A stretch of 32,398 nucleotides of DNA from Sphingomicrobium sp. (lineage in GTDB: Bacteria; Pseudomonadota; Alphaproteobacteria; Sphingomonadales; Sphingomonadaceae). Of this stretch, positions 1 to 10,283 are shown in pieces. Numbering within the stretch: position 1 is the first letter of the stretch; each line of letters begins with the position of its first letter. Location: NCBI GenBank assembly GCA_035758865.1, contig DASTVY010000236.1, positions 1-32,398 of the forward strand. The letters run 5' to 3'. Below the pieces are notes generated by a model that worked only from the letters and a program-made list of their open reading frames with translations, was not told where the DNA came from and ran no database searches. Both the position numbers and the translations under genes were made by a program.

Positions 1-8
1 TCGCCGCT

Positions 9-1454
9 TCAGCCATGCCTGACTACTTCGGCACCACGGACCAGTGCGTCGATCGCCTCATCGACATGCTCGGAATGGGTCCGGAACGAAAGGATCGCGC
101 AGCGAATATAGAATTGTCCGTCGATCCGTGTTCCGCTGAGCATCACCCGGCCTTCTTGCTGCAAATGCTGAAGCAATCGTTGACTGGCGGCGTCGGAATC
201 TGTGCCTGCGGGGGCGTAGCGGAAGGCGACGACCGACAAGTCAGGCGCCGGCCCGGCTTCGAAGTCCGGCAATTCAGACAATCGGGCGTGGAAATATTGG
301 GCCAGCAGCAGCTTTTCGCGCTGCGCCGCACGGAAGGCCGCGATGCCTGCCATCTGCAGAGGCAGCCACAACCGTAGGGCGCGGAAATGGCGCGTCAGCT
401 CGGTCGACAATTCCGCCGGCGACGGGCCGACCTCGCTTTCGCCCAGCGGCTGAATGTAATCGGCGGTAGCAGTGAAGGCATGGAGCAGCTGGTTGCCGTC
501 GCGGACCAAAGCGGCGCCGGTCCCATAGGGCAGGAACAATGTCTTGTGCGGGTCGAGCGCGACACTGTCGGCCCGCTCGATCCCGCGCAGCTTCTCGCGC
601 CCCTCGTCGCACAGGGCGAACAGGCCGCCATATGCGCCGTCAACATGAAGCCAGATGCCATGCCGCTGGCAGACATCGGCGACGGCCTGCAACGGGTCGA
701 CCGAGCCGGTGTCGATCGTTCCGGCCGAGGCCACCACGAGCCAGGGCCGGACGCCATCAGCGATGTCGCGCTCGATCGATCGTTCCAGCGCCTCCGCCGA
801 CATTCGGCAGCGGTGGTCTGTGTCGATCAGGCGCTTTGGCGAGCGTCCGCGTCCGGCGATATGCAGCGCCTTGTCGACGCAATAATGAGCGAAACGGGTC
901 ATGTAGACCGCCCCGCCCCCGTCCGGATCGCGCGCCTCGCGGGCGGCGACGATCGCAGTCAAATTGGCGAGGCTGCCGCCGGACGTAAGAGTCCCTGCGC
1001 TGGTCCGCGGATAGCCGATAACTTCGCCCAGCCACGCCGTGCAGGCATTCTCGATTCGGACCGCGCCGGGGCTTGCCGAGGAGAAGCCGGAATATTTGTT
1101 GGAGACAGCGGCGAGGAAGTCGCCCAGTGCCGAATGGAACAGGCCACCACCCGGGATATAGGCCATGAACTTGGGCGAGGTGGTGGTGAAGCCAGGCCGG
1201 TTCACGCATTCGCCAAAGTAGGAGAGCAGTGCGTCCGGATCGCGCCCTCCTTCCGGAAATTCGGGGTCGAGTCGCTGCGCGAACACCCCTTCCCAACTAT
1301 TGTTGGTGGGCAGGTCCGGAACCGCGTTCAGATAGTCGAGCGCGTGCTCCAACACTCGCTCGCCAAGCTGCCGCCGCTCGCGCTCATCGGGTTCGAGCGG
1401 CCGCATCGCCGACTTCAGCGCATCGAGCTCCGCCTTGAGCTGGTCGACCGTCAC
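9..1454 (-). CDS. Group II PLP-dependent decarboxylase (aromatic-L-amino-acid/DABA decarboxylase family)
   Basis: 481 aa; motifs TSGGSLAN, SAGTIDTGSVD, WLHVDGAYG and PLP-lysine DPHKTLFLPY. GTG start overlaps the hemB stop (GTGA). Confidence 0.88.
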   Translation of the reverse strand: MTVDQLKAELDALKSAMRPLEPDERERRQLGERVLEHALDYLNAVPDLPTNNSWEGVFAQRLDPEFPEGGRDPDALLSYFGECVNRPGFTTTSPKFMAYIPGGGLFHSALGDFLAAVSNKYSGFSSASPGAVRIENACTAWLGEVIGYPRTSAGTLTSGGSLANLTAIVAAREARDPDGGGAVYMTRFAHYCVDKALHIAGRGRSPKRLIDTDHRCRMSAEALERSIERDIADGVRPWLVVASAGTIDTGSVDPLQAVADVCQRHGIWLHVDGAYGGLFALCDEGREKLRGIERADSVALDPHKTLFLPYGTGAALVRDGNQLLHAFTATADYIQPLGESEVGPSPAELSTELTRHFRALRLWLPLQMAGIAAFRAAQREKLLLAQYFHARLSELPDFEAGPAPDLSVVAFRYAPAGTDSDAASQRLLQHLQQEGRVMLSGTRIDGQFYIRCAILSFRTHSEHVDEAIDALVRGAEVVRHG

Positions 1455-2446
1455 CCCGCGATCAGTCGAGCGGCAAGCGGCGCATGGTAAGTGAGAACGC
1501 CGGAAGCGCCCGCGCGCTTGAAGGCCAACAGCGTCTCCATGACCAGCGCCTCGCGCTCGCCCGCGCCGGCTGCGGCAGCGGCCTCGATCATCGCATACTC
1601 GCCCGACACCTGGTAGGCGAAGGTCGGTACGCCGAACGCGTCCTTCACCCGCGCTACCACGTCGAGATAGGGAAGGCCTGGCTTCACCATCACCATGTCG
1701 GCGCCCTCGGCAATGTCGAGCGCCACTTCGCGAAGCGCCTCCGCGCTATTGGCCGGATCCATCTGGTAGCCGCGCTTGTCGCCCTTCAAGAGGCCGCGCG
1801 AGCCAACTGCATCGCGGAATGGGCCATAGAAGGCGGAAGCATATTTGGCGGCATAAGCCATGATCGCGACGTCCGGGCAGTCGGCAGTTTCAAGCCCCTG
1901 ACGGATGGCGCCGATGCGGCCGTCCATCATATCCGAAGGTGCGACGATATCGGCCCCGGCCTTGGCCTGGACCAGCGCCTGCTGAACCAGCACCGCGACC
2001 GTCCGGTCATTGATGACGCGGCCCTGGTCGTCGGTCAGGCCGTCGTGGCCATGAGCGGTGTAGGGATCGAGCGCGACGTCGGTCAGGATGCCGACCTCCG
2101 GCACCGCATCCTTGATGGCCTTGATCGCGCGGCAGATGAGATTGTCCGGATTGAGCGCTTCCCGAGCATCGTCGCTGCGCAGATTGGCCGGGGTGTTCGG
2201 AAATAGCGCGATGCAGGGAATTCCGAGGTCGCGCGCCTCGCGGGCCTTGTCCGCGAGCTTGTCGACCGACCAGCGGCTGACGCCCGGCAAGGTCGCAATC
2301 GGTTCCTCCTGTCCCTGCCCCTCGCAGATGAACAGCGGCCAGATGAGATCGCTCGGGTGAAGCCGATGCTCGGCCAGCATGTCGCGGATCCAGGGCGCGC
2401 TGCGGCCGCGGCGCATCCGGATCGCCGGGAAGGAGGCGGTTACCAT
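1451..2446 (-). CDS. hemB: Porphobilinogen synthase (delta-aminolevulinate dehydratase), Asp-rich non-Zn type
   Basis: Start trimmed to ATG 2446 (MVTASFPAIRMRR). Motifs DVALDPYTAHGHDG, APSDMMDGR, KYASAFYGPFRDA, MVKPG, YQVSGEY. Confidence 0.96.
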   Translation of the reverse strand: MVTASFPAIRMRRGRSAPWIRDMLAEHRLHPSDLIWPLFICEGQGQEEPIATLPGVSRWSVDKLADKAREARDLGIPCIALFPNTPANLRSDDAREALNPDNLICRAIKAIKDAVPEVGILTDVALDPYTAHGHDGLTDDQGRVINDRTVAVLVQQALVQAKAGADIVAPSDMMDGRIGAIRQGLETADCPDVAIMAYAAKYASAFYGPFRDAVGSRGLLKGDKRGYQMDPANSAEALREVALDIAEGADMVMVKPGLPYLDVVARVKDAFGVPTFAYQVSGEYAMIEAAAAAGAGEREALVMETLLAFKRAGASGVLTYHAPLAARLIAG

Positions 2447-2507
2447 GGAACGCGCTCTAGCCGAGGTGGGTGACGGAAAGAAAGCCAGACCTAAGCATTG
2501 GGCCGGC

Positions 2508-3398
2508 ATGACCGATGCGCTTCCGAAACGGGCAATGCTGGTGATCAATGCCGCCAGCCGCAATGGCGAGGCCATATTCGAGGAGGCGCGCGACAAGCTG
2601 GCCGCTGCCGGCCTGGAGCTGATCGACGCCCATGTCGTCCACAATCCCGAGGTGATGGAGCCGGTCGTCAAGGCCGCCATCGCCCGGGCGCCGATGGTCA
2701 TTGTCGGCGGCGGCGACGGCACGCTGTCCGCCGTGGTCGATCATTTCGTCGGCAAGGACACGATATTCGCCGTGCTGCCGGTGGGCACGGCCAACAGCTT
2801 CGCCCGGTCACTCGGCCTGCCGCTCGACATTGACGGCGCGATCAAGGTCATTTCCTACGGCCGGCGAAAACGCATCGACCTCGGAGTCATCGACGGCGAC
2901 TATTTCGCCAATGTGGCCGCGCTGGGCATGAGCCCGCTGATCGCGGACACGGTACCCAATGGACTAAAGCGCTTTCTCGGTGTCATCGGTTACGTCATCT
3001 GGGCGGTCCGCGTTGCGTTCAAGTTCCGGCCGTTCAAGCTTCGGCTGACGCTCGATGATGGAACGGCGGTCAGCTGCTGGGCGACCGAAGCGCGGATCGC
3101 CAATGGCACTCACCAAGGCGGCGTGCTGCTGATCGAGAATGCCGAACTCGACAGCGGCGAAATGGTCATCCAGGCGGTGACCGGTAAGAGCATTCCCGGC
3201 CTTGCCTGGAGCTGGTTCGCGACGCTGTTTCGACTTCGCCGGCGCGATCAGACGGTGACCGAATGGCGAGGCAGGAAGATGACCCTAGACGCGAAGCCGC
3301 GCCAGAAGATCAGCATCGATGGCGAGATCGCTGCGAAGACGCCGGTCATCGTCGAATGCGCTCGTGGCGCGATCGAGGTGGCCGCGCCGAGGGACTAG
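2508..3398 (+). CDS. Diacylglycerol kinase-family (YegS/DgkB-like) lipid kinase
   Basis: [24 protein letters not shown] and IDGE motifs. Start at 2508 ([11 protein letters not shown]) is chosen; ATG 2445 is an alternative. Confidence 0.88.
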   Translation: MTDALPKRAMLVINAASRNGEAIFEEARDKLAAAGLELIDAHVVHNPEVMEPVVKAAIARAPMVIVGGGDGTLSAVVDHFVGKDTIFAVLPVGTANSFARSLGLPLDIDGAIKVISYGRRKRIDLGVIDGDYFANVAALGMSPLIADTVPNGLKRFLGVIGYVIWAVRVAFKFRPFKLRLTLDDGTAVSCWATEARIANGTHQGGVLLIENAELDSGEMVIQAVTGKSIPGLAWSWFATLFRLRRRDQTVTEWRGRKMTLDAKPRQKISIDGEIAAKTPVIVECARGAIEVAAPRD

Positions 3399-6157
3399 CC
3401 CAATCGCGCCAGCGCCGCCGACAGCCGCTCCGCTTCGGCCGCGCGGGCGTCATGGTCGGCGCGAGCCTTCTCGACCGCTTCGGGCTTGGCGCGCTCGGTG
3501 AAGGACGGGTTGCCGAGCCGCGCAGCCAGGCTGTCGCGATCCTTCTGGGCAGCGGCGACCGCCTTCGACAGGCGCGCGCGCTCCGCATCGAGGTCGATCG
3601 CTCCCTCCAGAGGGAAGGCAATCGTCACACCGCCGACGACAATCTGGGCCGAGCTGGGCGGTACGCTGTCGCTGTTCACAGGGCTTCCGACCTTGGCCAT
3701 CCGGGCCAGCGTAGGGCCATTCTTACTTAATCGTTCGATCATCCTCGCGTCGCCGCCGATGACGTGCGGCACCAAGTTTGCGCTCCATGGAATATTGAGC
3801 TCTGCACGCATGGCGCGCACCTGATCGATCACCTCGACCAAGCCGCCGATGTCGCGAGCCGAGTTGGGATCGCGCTGTGCCTGCGGCTCCGGCCACTTCG
3901 CGACGATCAGCTCGTAGGGCCGCTCGCCCATGCTGTGCCATAGTTCTTCCGTGACGAACGGCATGAAGGGGTGGAGCATGACCAGGATCTGGTCGAACGC
4001 CCAGGCAGCGACCGCGCGGGTCTCGTCGTCGAACGCGCCCTTAATGAGCTCGACATACCAGTCGCAAAAGGTGCCCCAGGTGAAATGGTAGATGGCATCG
4101 GCCATGTCGTCGAAGCGAAGCTCGTCAAACGCCTTGTTGAGCCGGCCAAGAGTCGAGATGACTTCTCCGATTACCCAGCGGTTGACTGGCAGGCTCGCCT
4201 CAGGAGCGGCGATGCTCTGCGAAGCGCCGACTCCGTTGCCCTGTAGGAAACGCGCAGCGTTCCACAGTTTGGTCGCGAAGTTGCGGTAACCCTCGACCCG
4301 CTTTTCATCGAGCTTGATGTCGCGGCCCTGGCTTTCCATCGCCGCCAAGGTGAAGCGGACAGCATCCGCTCCATATTTGTCGATCAGGCCGAGCGGATCG
4401 ACCGTATTGCCCTTCGATTTGGACATCTTCTGGCCCTTGGCATCACGGACCAGGCCATGGAGATAGAGCGTTTTCCACGGCCTCTCGCCCATGAACTCGA
4501 AGCCCTGCATGGCCATCCGGGCATCCCAGAAAAAGATGATGTCAAAGCCGGAAATGAGCACGTCGTTGGGATAATGCCGCTTGAGATCGTGAGTTTGTTC
4601 AGGCCAACCGAGGGTGGCAAACGGCCACAACGCCGACGAGAACCAAGTATCGAGGACGTCCTCGTCTTGCTTCAGTTGAACCCCCTCTCCGGCCTGCTGT
4701 TGCGCGTCGGCAAGTGTTTCGGCGACAAAAACATTGCCATCTGCATCATACCAGGCCGGAATGCGGTGGCCCCACCATAGCTGGCGCGACACGCACCACG
4801 GCTGGATATTCTCGAGCCAGTTGAACCAGGTCTTCTTCCAGGTTTCGGGGACGACGGCGATATCGCCAGACTTCACTGCCTCGATAGCCGGCTTGGCCAG
4901 CGTCGCAGCATCGACATACCATTGGTCGGTCAGCATCGGCTCGATCACCAGCCCGGACCGGTCGCCGAACGGCTGCATTATAAGCTTGTCCTCGGCCTTG
5001 ATCATCAGGCCTTCGGAATCGATGTCGGCCACCACGGCCTTGCGGGCTTCATAGCGGTCGAGGCCGCGGTAAGCCTCGGGCACAAGATTGAGCGCGTCGA
5101 CTTCCTCTGCGGTGGCCGGCTCGCCGCGCGCGATCGCCTGGGCGCGCATTGCGGATTCGGCATAGGACGGCCCGTCGACGCGCATGTGGGCGGTTCCGTC
5201 CATCAACCGGTACATTGGGATGCCGTTGCGCTGGGCCACGCCATAGTCGTTGAGATCGTGTCCGCCGGTGATCTTGACTGCGCCGGACCCGAAATTCGGA
5301 TCGGGATAGTCATCCGTGATGATCGGGATCAGGCGACGATGTTCCTTCGGCCCCACCGGAATCTCGCAAAGCTTCCCGACGATCGGCCGATATCTTTCAT
5401 CGCCCGGATGAACCGCGACCGCGCCATCGCCGAGCATCGTCTCCGGCCGGGTGGTAGCGATTGAGATGTAATTCCGCTCTTCCTCAAGGACGACGTTCCC
5501 ATCCTCGTCCTTCTCGAGATAGGTATAGGTTTCGCCGCCCGCCAGCGGATATTTGAAGTGCCACATGTGGCCCTGCACTTCGCGGTTTTCGACCTCCAGA
5601 TCGCTGATCGCGGTCTGGAACTTGGGGTCCCAGTTGACCAGGCGCTTGGCGCGATAGAGCAGCTTGCGATTGTAGAGCTCGACGAAGACCTTGATCACGG
5701 CCTTCGAAAAGCCCTCGTCCATGGTGAAGCGCTCGTTGGCCCAGTCGCAGCTGGCACCGAGGCGGCGAAGCTGGCGCGTGATCTGCCCGCCCGATTGCGA
5801 CTTCCATTCCCATACATGGTCGAGGAAGGCCTCGCGGCCGATCTCGGCGCGCTTCACACCCTGGCTGTCGAGGTTGCGCTCGACCACCATCTGGGTCGCG
5901 ATCCCGGCATGGTCGGTGCCGACCACCCACAGGCTGTCCTTGCCCTGCATTCGGGCGTGACGAATGAGGACGTCCTGCAGCGTGTTGTCTAGCGCATGGC
6001 CGATGTGCAGCGAGCCGGTGACGTTCGGTGGCGGCATGACGATGGTATAGGGTTCGGCGTCCGGCCGCTCCGGCCGGAACAGCCCCTGCCCTTCCCAATG
6101 GGCATACCAGCGGGCCTCGATCGGGCCCGGTTCGAACGTCTTGGCAAGCTCGGTCAT
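3395..6157 (-). CDS. valS: Valine--tRNA ligase
   Basis: 920 aa; [13 protein letters not shown] (HIGH), [33 protein letters not shown] and C-terminal coiled coil. Confidence 0.98.
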   Translation of the reverse strand: MTELAKTFEPGPIEARWYAHWEGQGLFRPERPDAEPYTIVMPPPNVTGSLHIGHALDNTLQDVLIRHARMQGKDSLWVVGTDHAGIATQMVVERNLDSQGVKRAEIGREAFLDHVWEWKSQSGGQITRQLRRLGASCDWANERFTMDEGFSKAVIKVFVELYNRKLLYRAKRLVNWDPKFQTAISDLEVENREVQGHMWHFKYPLAGGETYTYLEKDEDGNVVLEEERNYISIATTRPETMLGDGAVAVHPGDERYRPIVGKLCEIPVGPKEHRRLIPIITDDYPDPNFGSGAVKITGGHDLNDYGVAQRNGIPMYRLMDGTAHMRVDGPSYAESAMRAQAIARGEPATAEEVDALNLVPEAYRGLDRYEARKAVVADIDSEGLMIKAEDKLIMQPFGDRSGLVIEPMLTDQWYVDAATLAKPAIEAVKSGDIAVVPETWKKTWFNWLENIQPWCVSRQLWWGHRIPAWYDADGNVFVAETLADAQQQAGEGVQLKQDEDVLDTWFSSALWPFATLGWPEQTHDLKRHYPNDVLISGFDIIFFWDARMAMQGFEFMGERPWKTLYLHGLVRDAKGQKMSKSKGNTVDPLGLIDKYGADAVRFTLAAMESQGRDIKLDEKRVEGYRNFATKLWNAARFLQGNGVGASQSIAAPEASLPVNRWVIGEVISTLGRLNKAFDELRFDDMADAIYHFTWGTFCDWYVELIKGAFDDETRAVAAWAFDQILVMLHPFMPFVTEELWHSMGERPYELIVAKWPEPQAQRDPNSARDIGGLVEVIDQVRAMRAELNIPWSANLVPHVIGGDARMIERLSKNGPTLARMAKVGSPVNSDSVPPSSAQIVVGGVTIAFPLEGAIDLDAERARLSKAVAAAQKDRDSLAARLGNPSFTERAKPEAVEKARADHDARAAEAERLSAALARLG

Positions 6158-6163
6158 GTGATG

Positions 6164-6192
6164 CGCCTAGCCTTGCCGCGCTGCAGCATCAA
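6164..6192 (-). promoter_or_regulatory. Putative sigma-70 promoter for a leaderless valS mRNA
   Basis: Minus strand reads TTGATG-N17-TAGGCG-N6-ATG, with no Shine-Dalgarno sequence. Confidence 0.5.
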
Positions 6193-6200
6193 CCGTCAGC

Positions 6201-6269
6201 CGTCATTGCGAGCGAAGCGAAGCAATCCAGTGTGGATTGCCCCGTCGCCTTCGGCTCCTCGCAATGACG
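6201..6269. repeat. Palindromic REP/RPE-like interspersed element
   Basis: 12-bp terminal inverted repeat CGTCATTGCGAG (6201-6212)/CTCGCAATGACG (6258-6269) encloses the inner hairpin GCAATCCA (6222-6229)/TGGATTGC (6233-6240). It resembles the GTCATTGCGAG...GCAATCC repeats common in alphaproteobacteria. Confidence 0.8.
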
Positions 6270-6271
6270 AC

Positions 6272-8332
6272 CTAATGCGCAGGCTTCAGCCAGCGGTTCA
6301 GCCAGTTGAACACTTCGCCATACCACTGGATCGAGTTCTTGGGCTTCAACACCCAATGATTTTCGTCGGGCATGACCAGCAGGCGCGACGGAATCTCGCG
6401 GCGCTGGAGAGCGGTAAAGGTGGCGATCCCCTGCGTGTAGGGAATGCGGAAGTCCTTTTCGCCGGTGATGACCAGCATCGGAGTCTTCCACTTGGCGACA
6501 TGGTTGACCGGGTTCCAGCGCTCGAACGCGGCCGGATCCTCATAATAGGTCTTGCTGCCATGCTCCCATTCGTCGAACCACAGCTCTTCCGTCTCATAAG
6601 CCATCGCGCGGGCGTCGAACACGCCGTCATGCTGGACGAGGCATTTGAACCGGTCGGGCCACTGGCCGGCGATCCAGTTCATCATATAGCCGCCATAGCT
6701 GGCGCCGAGCGCGCAAGCATTGTCGGCTTCGAGCTGCGCGTCGTTGGCGGTGGCGAAGGCCAGGCCCTTTTGCAGGTCTTCCAGCGGCCAGCCGCCCCAA
6801 TTGTTCTGGATGGAGTCCGTGAAGGCCTGGCCGTAACCGGTGCTTCCGTGGAAATCGACGCTGACGACCGCGTAACCCGGTGCCGAAAGGAGGCGCGAGT
6901 TCCAGCGGTAGGACCAGGCGTTGTTGAAGCTGCCCTGCGGCCCGCCATGGACGACGAACGCAATCGGAAGCTTGGCGGCGGCGGCATTTTGCGGTCCTGC
7001 CGGCTTCAGCTTGAAGCCCCACACCTTGTCATTGTTGGCGCCGGTGAAGCTGAACTTTTCGAAGCTGACCGGGTCAAGCTCCGCAAGCAGGTCGCGGTTG
7101 ACGTTGGTCAGCTGCGAGACCTTGCCCTTTGAATCGACGCGATAGAGGTCGTCCGGCGCCTTGATGCTGTTCATCGCGAACAGGACCGAACCGTCGGCGA
7201 GGGGCATCGCCGCATGTGCCGCGCCTTCTTTGGTCAACCGGGTGACGCGACCGCTTGCGACGTCGACGCGGAACAGCGGATTTTCCAACGTATCGCCGGC
7301 ATCGACGACGATCGACTTGCCGTCCTTCGACCAGGCGATCGAACCGACCGAGCGGTCCCAGTTGGCGGTGACGGCGCGAACCTGGCCGCTGGCAAGGTCG
7401 CGGATCTTCAGCACCTGGCGGTCGGCCTCGTAACCCGCCCGCGCCATCGAGAAATAGGCGAGCTTGCCGCCATCCGGCGACAAGGTCGGGAGGTTGTCGG
7501 TGCCATCATTGTCTGCAGTGAGGTTGGTCGGCTGGGCCGATCCGTCCGCCGGCGCCGAGAAGATATCGAGATTGGTCGAGGTTGCCTCGATGCGGCCGGC
7601 CTCGCGAAGCGCAAAATAAACGGTGCGCCCGTCGGCTGAAATGTCGATTTCCTCGCCGCCGCCGAACGGCTTGGACGGGGTATCGCCGGCCAAGGCGCCG
7701 GTTACCGGAACACCGGCACCGGTCACCTTCCCGCCCTCGATCGGGAAGGAGAAGATGCGGCTCCGGACGCCGGGTTCAGCCCAGGTATCCCAGTGGCGGA
7801 CGAACAGCTGGTCATAGACCCGACCCGCGCCCGCCTTTTCGGTCTTGGCGACGCCCGCGCATGTAAAATCGGTACAGCGCAGGTCGCGATCAGCCCACAG
7901 GACAACATGGCTGCCGTCGGCGCTGACCTTGAAGCCCGAAATGTCGCCCTTGAAGCTCGACAGCTGGGCGGGTTGCCCGCCCAACGCCATGCGGAACAGC
8001 TGGTCTTGCCCGCTGACCGGGGCCAAGTACCAGACGGCGCCGTCATTACCGAACACGGCGTCATGGGCACCCTCGGTCGCGCCGGCGAGCGGCTGCGGGG
8101 CCGCGCCCTTGGCCGTCAGGTCGAGGATATGAGTGACGTTGTTGCGCTTGTTCGCGGCAAGGTCGGTCGTCGACAGGCTGAAGAGGGCATAGCGTCCGTC
8201 GGGGGACACGCTGTGCGTGCCGAGGCGGCGCATCATATGCATGTCGGTCGCCGTCATCGGACGGGCGACGGCGGGAGTGGCGGAAAGAGCGGCAGCCGCG
8301 ACGCTGGCGGCGAGTGCAAGGCGCATGATCAT
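6272..8332 (-). CDS. Secreted S9 family (prolyl oligopeptidase/dipeptidyl aminopeptidase) peptidase
   Basis: N-terminal signal peptide, beta-propeller-like repeats, HGGPQG, nucleophile GASYGG, and Asp (EKDFRIP) and His (DENHWV) completing the triad. Confidence 0.93.
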   Translation of the reverse strand: MIMRLALAASVAAAALSATPAVARPMTATDMHMMRRLGTHSVSPDGRYALFSLSTTDLAANKRNNVTHILDLTAKGAAPQPLAGATEGAHDAVFGNDGAVWYLAPVSGQDQLFRMALGGQPAQLSSFKGDISGFKVSADGSHVVLWADRDLRCTDFTCAGVAKTEKAGAGRVYDQLFVRHWDTWAEPGVRSRIFSFPIEGGKVTGAGVPVTGALAGDTPSKPFGGGEEIDISADGRTVYFALREAGRIEATSTNLDIFSAPADGSAQPTNLTADNDGTDNLPTLSPDGGKLAYFSMARAGYEADRQVLKIRDLASGQVRAVTANWDRSVGSIAWSKDGKSIVVDAGDTLENPLFRVDVASGRVTRLTKEGAAHAAMPLADGSVLFAMNSIKAPDDLYRVDSKGKVSQLTNVNRDLLAELDPVSFEKFSFTGANNDKVWGFKLKPAGPQNAAAAKLPIAFVVHGGPQGSFNNAWSYRWNSRLLSAPGYAVVSVDFHGSTGYGQAFTDSIQNNWGGWPLEDLQKGLAFATANDAQLEADNACALGASYGGYMMNWIAGQWPDRFKCLVQHDGVFDARAMAYETEELWFDEWEHGSKTYYEDPAAFERWNPVNHVAKWKTPMLVITGEKDFRIPYTQGIATFTALQRREIPSRLLVMPDENHWVLKPKNSIQWYGEVFNWLNRWLKPAH

Positions 8333-8403
8333 GGTGCGTTGCGTAACGGGCAGCGGTTAACGGTTCAACTACCCGCAGCGTGAAGCGATATCCGCTCGTC
8401 GAA

Positions 8404-8817
8404 TTATAGCGGGCGGCCCGTGATGCGATGGATCTCGCGCTTCACATGCTCGTCAACGATGTTGGGCAGGTGATCATCCAGCCATTGCTTGAGGATCGGC
8501 CGGAGCATTTCGCGAACCATTTCCTCGAGCGGATTGACTTGCGCAACTGGCGGCGCGGAAGCGGCGACGGTGGCGAGCTGCTCCAGCCGCTGGCGGCTTT
8601 CGTCGGCAACATCCTCCTCCATCAGCGGCGGGCCGAGGTCGACCGCCGGAATCGACACGGCTTCCATGCTCTCGTCGAGCTCGAGCACGTCTTCCTCGTC
8701 GATTTCGCCTTCTAAATCCGAGGGCGGAGCCGCGGCGCGGACTTCCTTCTCCTCAGCGATCACACGCTTGATCGACGCAAGGATGTCTTCCATCGAGGGT
8801 TCCCGGGCCACTGCCAT
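8404..8817 (-). CDS. popZ: Polar organizing protein PopZ (DUF2497)
   Basis: N-terminal EPSMEDILASIKRVI helix, acidic Pro-rich linker, C-terminal LEEMVREMLRPILKQWLDDHLP. Lies downstream of pcm-tolC, as is usual in alphaproteobacteria. Confidence 0.9.
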   Translation of the reverse strand: MAVAREPSMEDILASIKRVIAEEKEVRAAAPPSDLEGEIDEEDVLELDESMEAVSIPAVDLGPPLMEEDVADESRQRLEQLATVAASAPPVAQVNPLEEMVREMLRPILKQWLDDHLPNIVDEHVKREIHRITGRPL

Positions 8818-8830
8818 GGCCCCCTTTTAC

Positions 8831-10261
8831 CTAACGTGAGGCCGGAGTCACGCCCTGCGGCATCTCTGCCGGTGTAACGGTGCTGGTCGAAACCGGGTCG
8901 TGCCGAGGGTCATTTGACCAATCGTTCCAGTCGCCCGCCACTCGGCGATAATTGCCCAGCGGGTCATAAAGCGCACCGCCATCCAGCCCCAGATCCTGTG
9001 CCTCGGCCTGTCCCATGGCGTTCAGCAGCTGGAAGCCGGCGACATAGGCATCGCGCCGCGCCGTCACCAGCAGCACCTGCGAGTTCAGCAATTCCTGCTC
9101 CGCATCCAGCACGTCGAGGATGGTGCGGGTGCCGACGCTATTTTCCGCGCGCACGCCCTCAAGTGCCAGCTCGTTGGCCTTCACGGCTACCTCGTTGGAT
9201 TTGATCGCATCGACCGCAGCCTGATAATCGGCGAAGGCCGATCGGGTGACCGCGACGACCGAGCGTTCGGTTCCGACGCGCTGTTCGAGCGCCTGACCTT
9301 CCAGCGCCTGGGCCTGACGGATGCGGGCCGACGGAAGGCCGCCCTGGTAGAAGGGAACCGTGCTGGTCAGCCCGACGCTGGTGGCAGTGCCGGACTGAAG
9401 CCCCAGATCATCGCCGGTGGCGTCGAACCAGTCGCCCGACGCAACCGCGGAAACCGTTGGAAGCCGGGTACCGCGCACCGATTTCACGTCATAGCCGGCT
9501 GCCTCGGCCTGGCGGGTCTGGGCGATCAGGTCCGGATTGTCGACCAGCGCGACGCGAACCGCCTCGTCGGCAGTGCGGGGGAAGGGCGGAAGCGGTGGCG
9601 GAGGCTGAAGTTGGTCGGGCTGATCACCGATAACCCGCCGATAATTCTGCTCGCTGCCGATCAGCCGGCCCTGGGCCAGCGTATAGCGCGAACGGGCCAG
9701 CGCCAGTCGAGCCTCCGATTGGGCGACGTCGGTGCGGGTGACGTCGCCAATTTCGAACCGGTCCTGGGTTGCCTGGAGGTTGGTCTCAAGCACTTTGACA
9801 TTGTTGTTGTTGAGCTCGACCGTCGCGCGATCCCGGATGACGTCCATGTAGGCGGCAACCGCCTCGGTGAACACATCGCCCTCGACCGCGCGCAAGGTGG
9901 CACGGCCGGCCTCAACCCTGATCTTGGATGCCTTGACGTCGTTCTTGACGGTTCCGCCCTGGTAGAGCGGAAGGCCAAGATCTACTCCGGCGTTCATATA
10001 GGGTCCCTTGCCGGTACCGACGTCGAAGCGCCCGCTGCGCGTAACGTCGCGCGTAACGCCCAGGGTTCCGCTGACTTTCGGCCGGCCCGCCGAGCGCGAA
10101 ATGGCGACGCCGGCGTCGGTCGCCTTCAGGTTTTCGCGCTGGGCCATCAGCGTGGGGTTGGCGCGATAGGTCGAGACCAGCGCTTCGCGAAGCGTGTCGG
10201 CGGACGCGCTACCGGTGGCGAGCGAGGCGATAAGCGTTGCGATGGCGATGTTACGGGTCAC
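8831..10261 (-). CDS. tolC: TolC family outer membrane protein
   Basis: Start trimmed to GTG 10261 (signal peptide ...ASADTLREAL). Two OEP repeats: RFEIGDVTRTDVAQSEARL and GTRTILDVLDAEQEL. Confidence 0.92.
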   Translation of the reverse strand: MTRNIAIATLIASLATGSASADTLREALVSTYRANPTLMAQRENLKATDAGVAISRSAGRPKVSGTLGVTRDVTRSGRFDVGTGKGPYMNAGVDLGLPLYQGGTVKNDVKASKIRVEAGRATLRAVEGDVFTEAVAAYMDVIRDRATVELNNNNVKVLETNLQATQDRFEIGDVTRTDVAQSEARLALARSRYTLAQGRLIGSEQNYRRVIGDQPDQLQPPPPLPPFPRTADEAVRVALVDNPDLIAQTRQAEAAGYDVKSVRGTRLPTVSAVASGDWFDATGDDLGLQSGTATSVGLTSTVPFYQGGLPSARIRQAQALEGQALEQRVGTERSVVAVTRSAFADYQAAVDAIKSNEVAVKANELALEGVRAENSVGTRTILDVLDAEQELLNSQVLLVTARRDAYVAGFQLLNAMGQAEAQDLGLDGGALYDPLGNYRRVAGDWNDWSNDPRHDPVSTSTVTPAEMPQGVTPASR

Positions 10262-10283
10262 AGGCAATGCTCTCCGCTCAAAT

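Noticed and set aside
387-1490. 367-aa plus-strand ORF, and similar long antisense ORFs (5996-7132, 13329-14501, 18486-19415, 21320-22315, 26860-27558)
   Set aside because: They lie opposite well-supported genes, show no motifs, and are the expected shadow frames of GC-rich codon usage.
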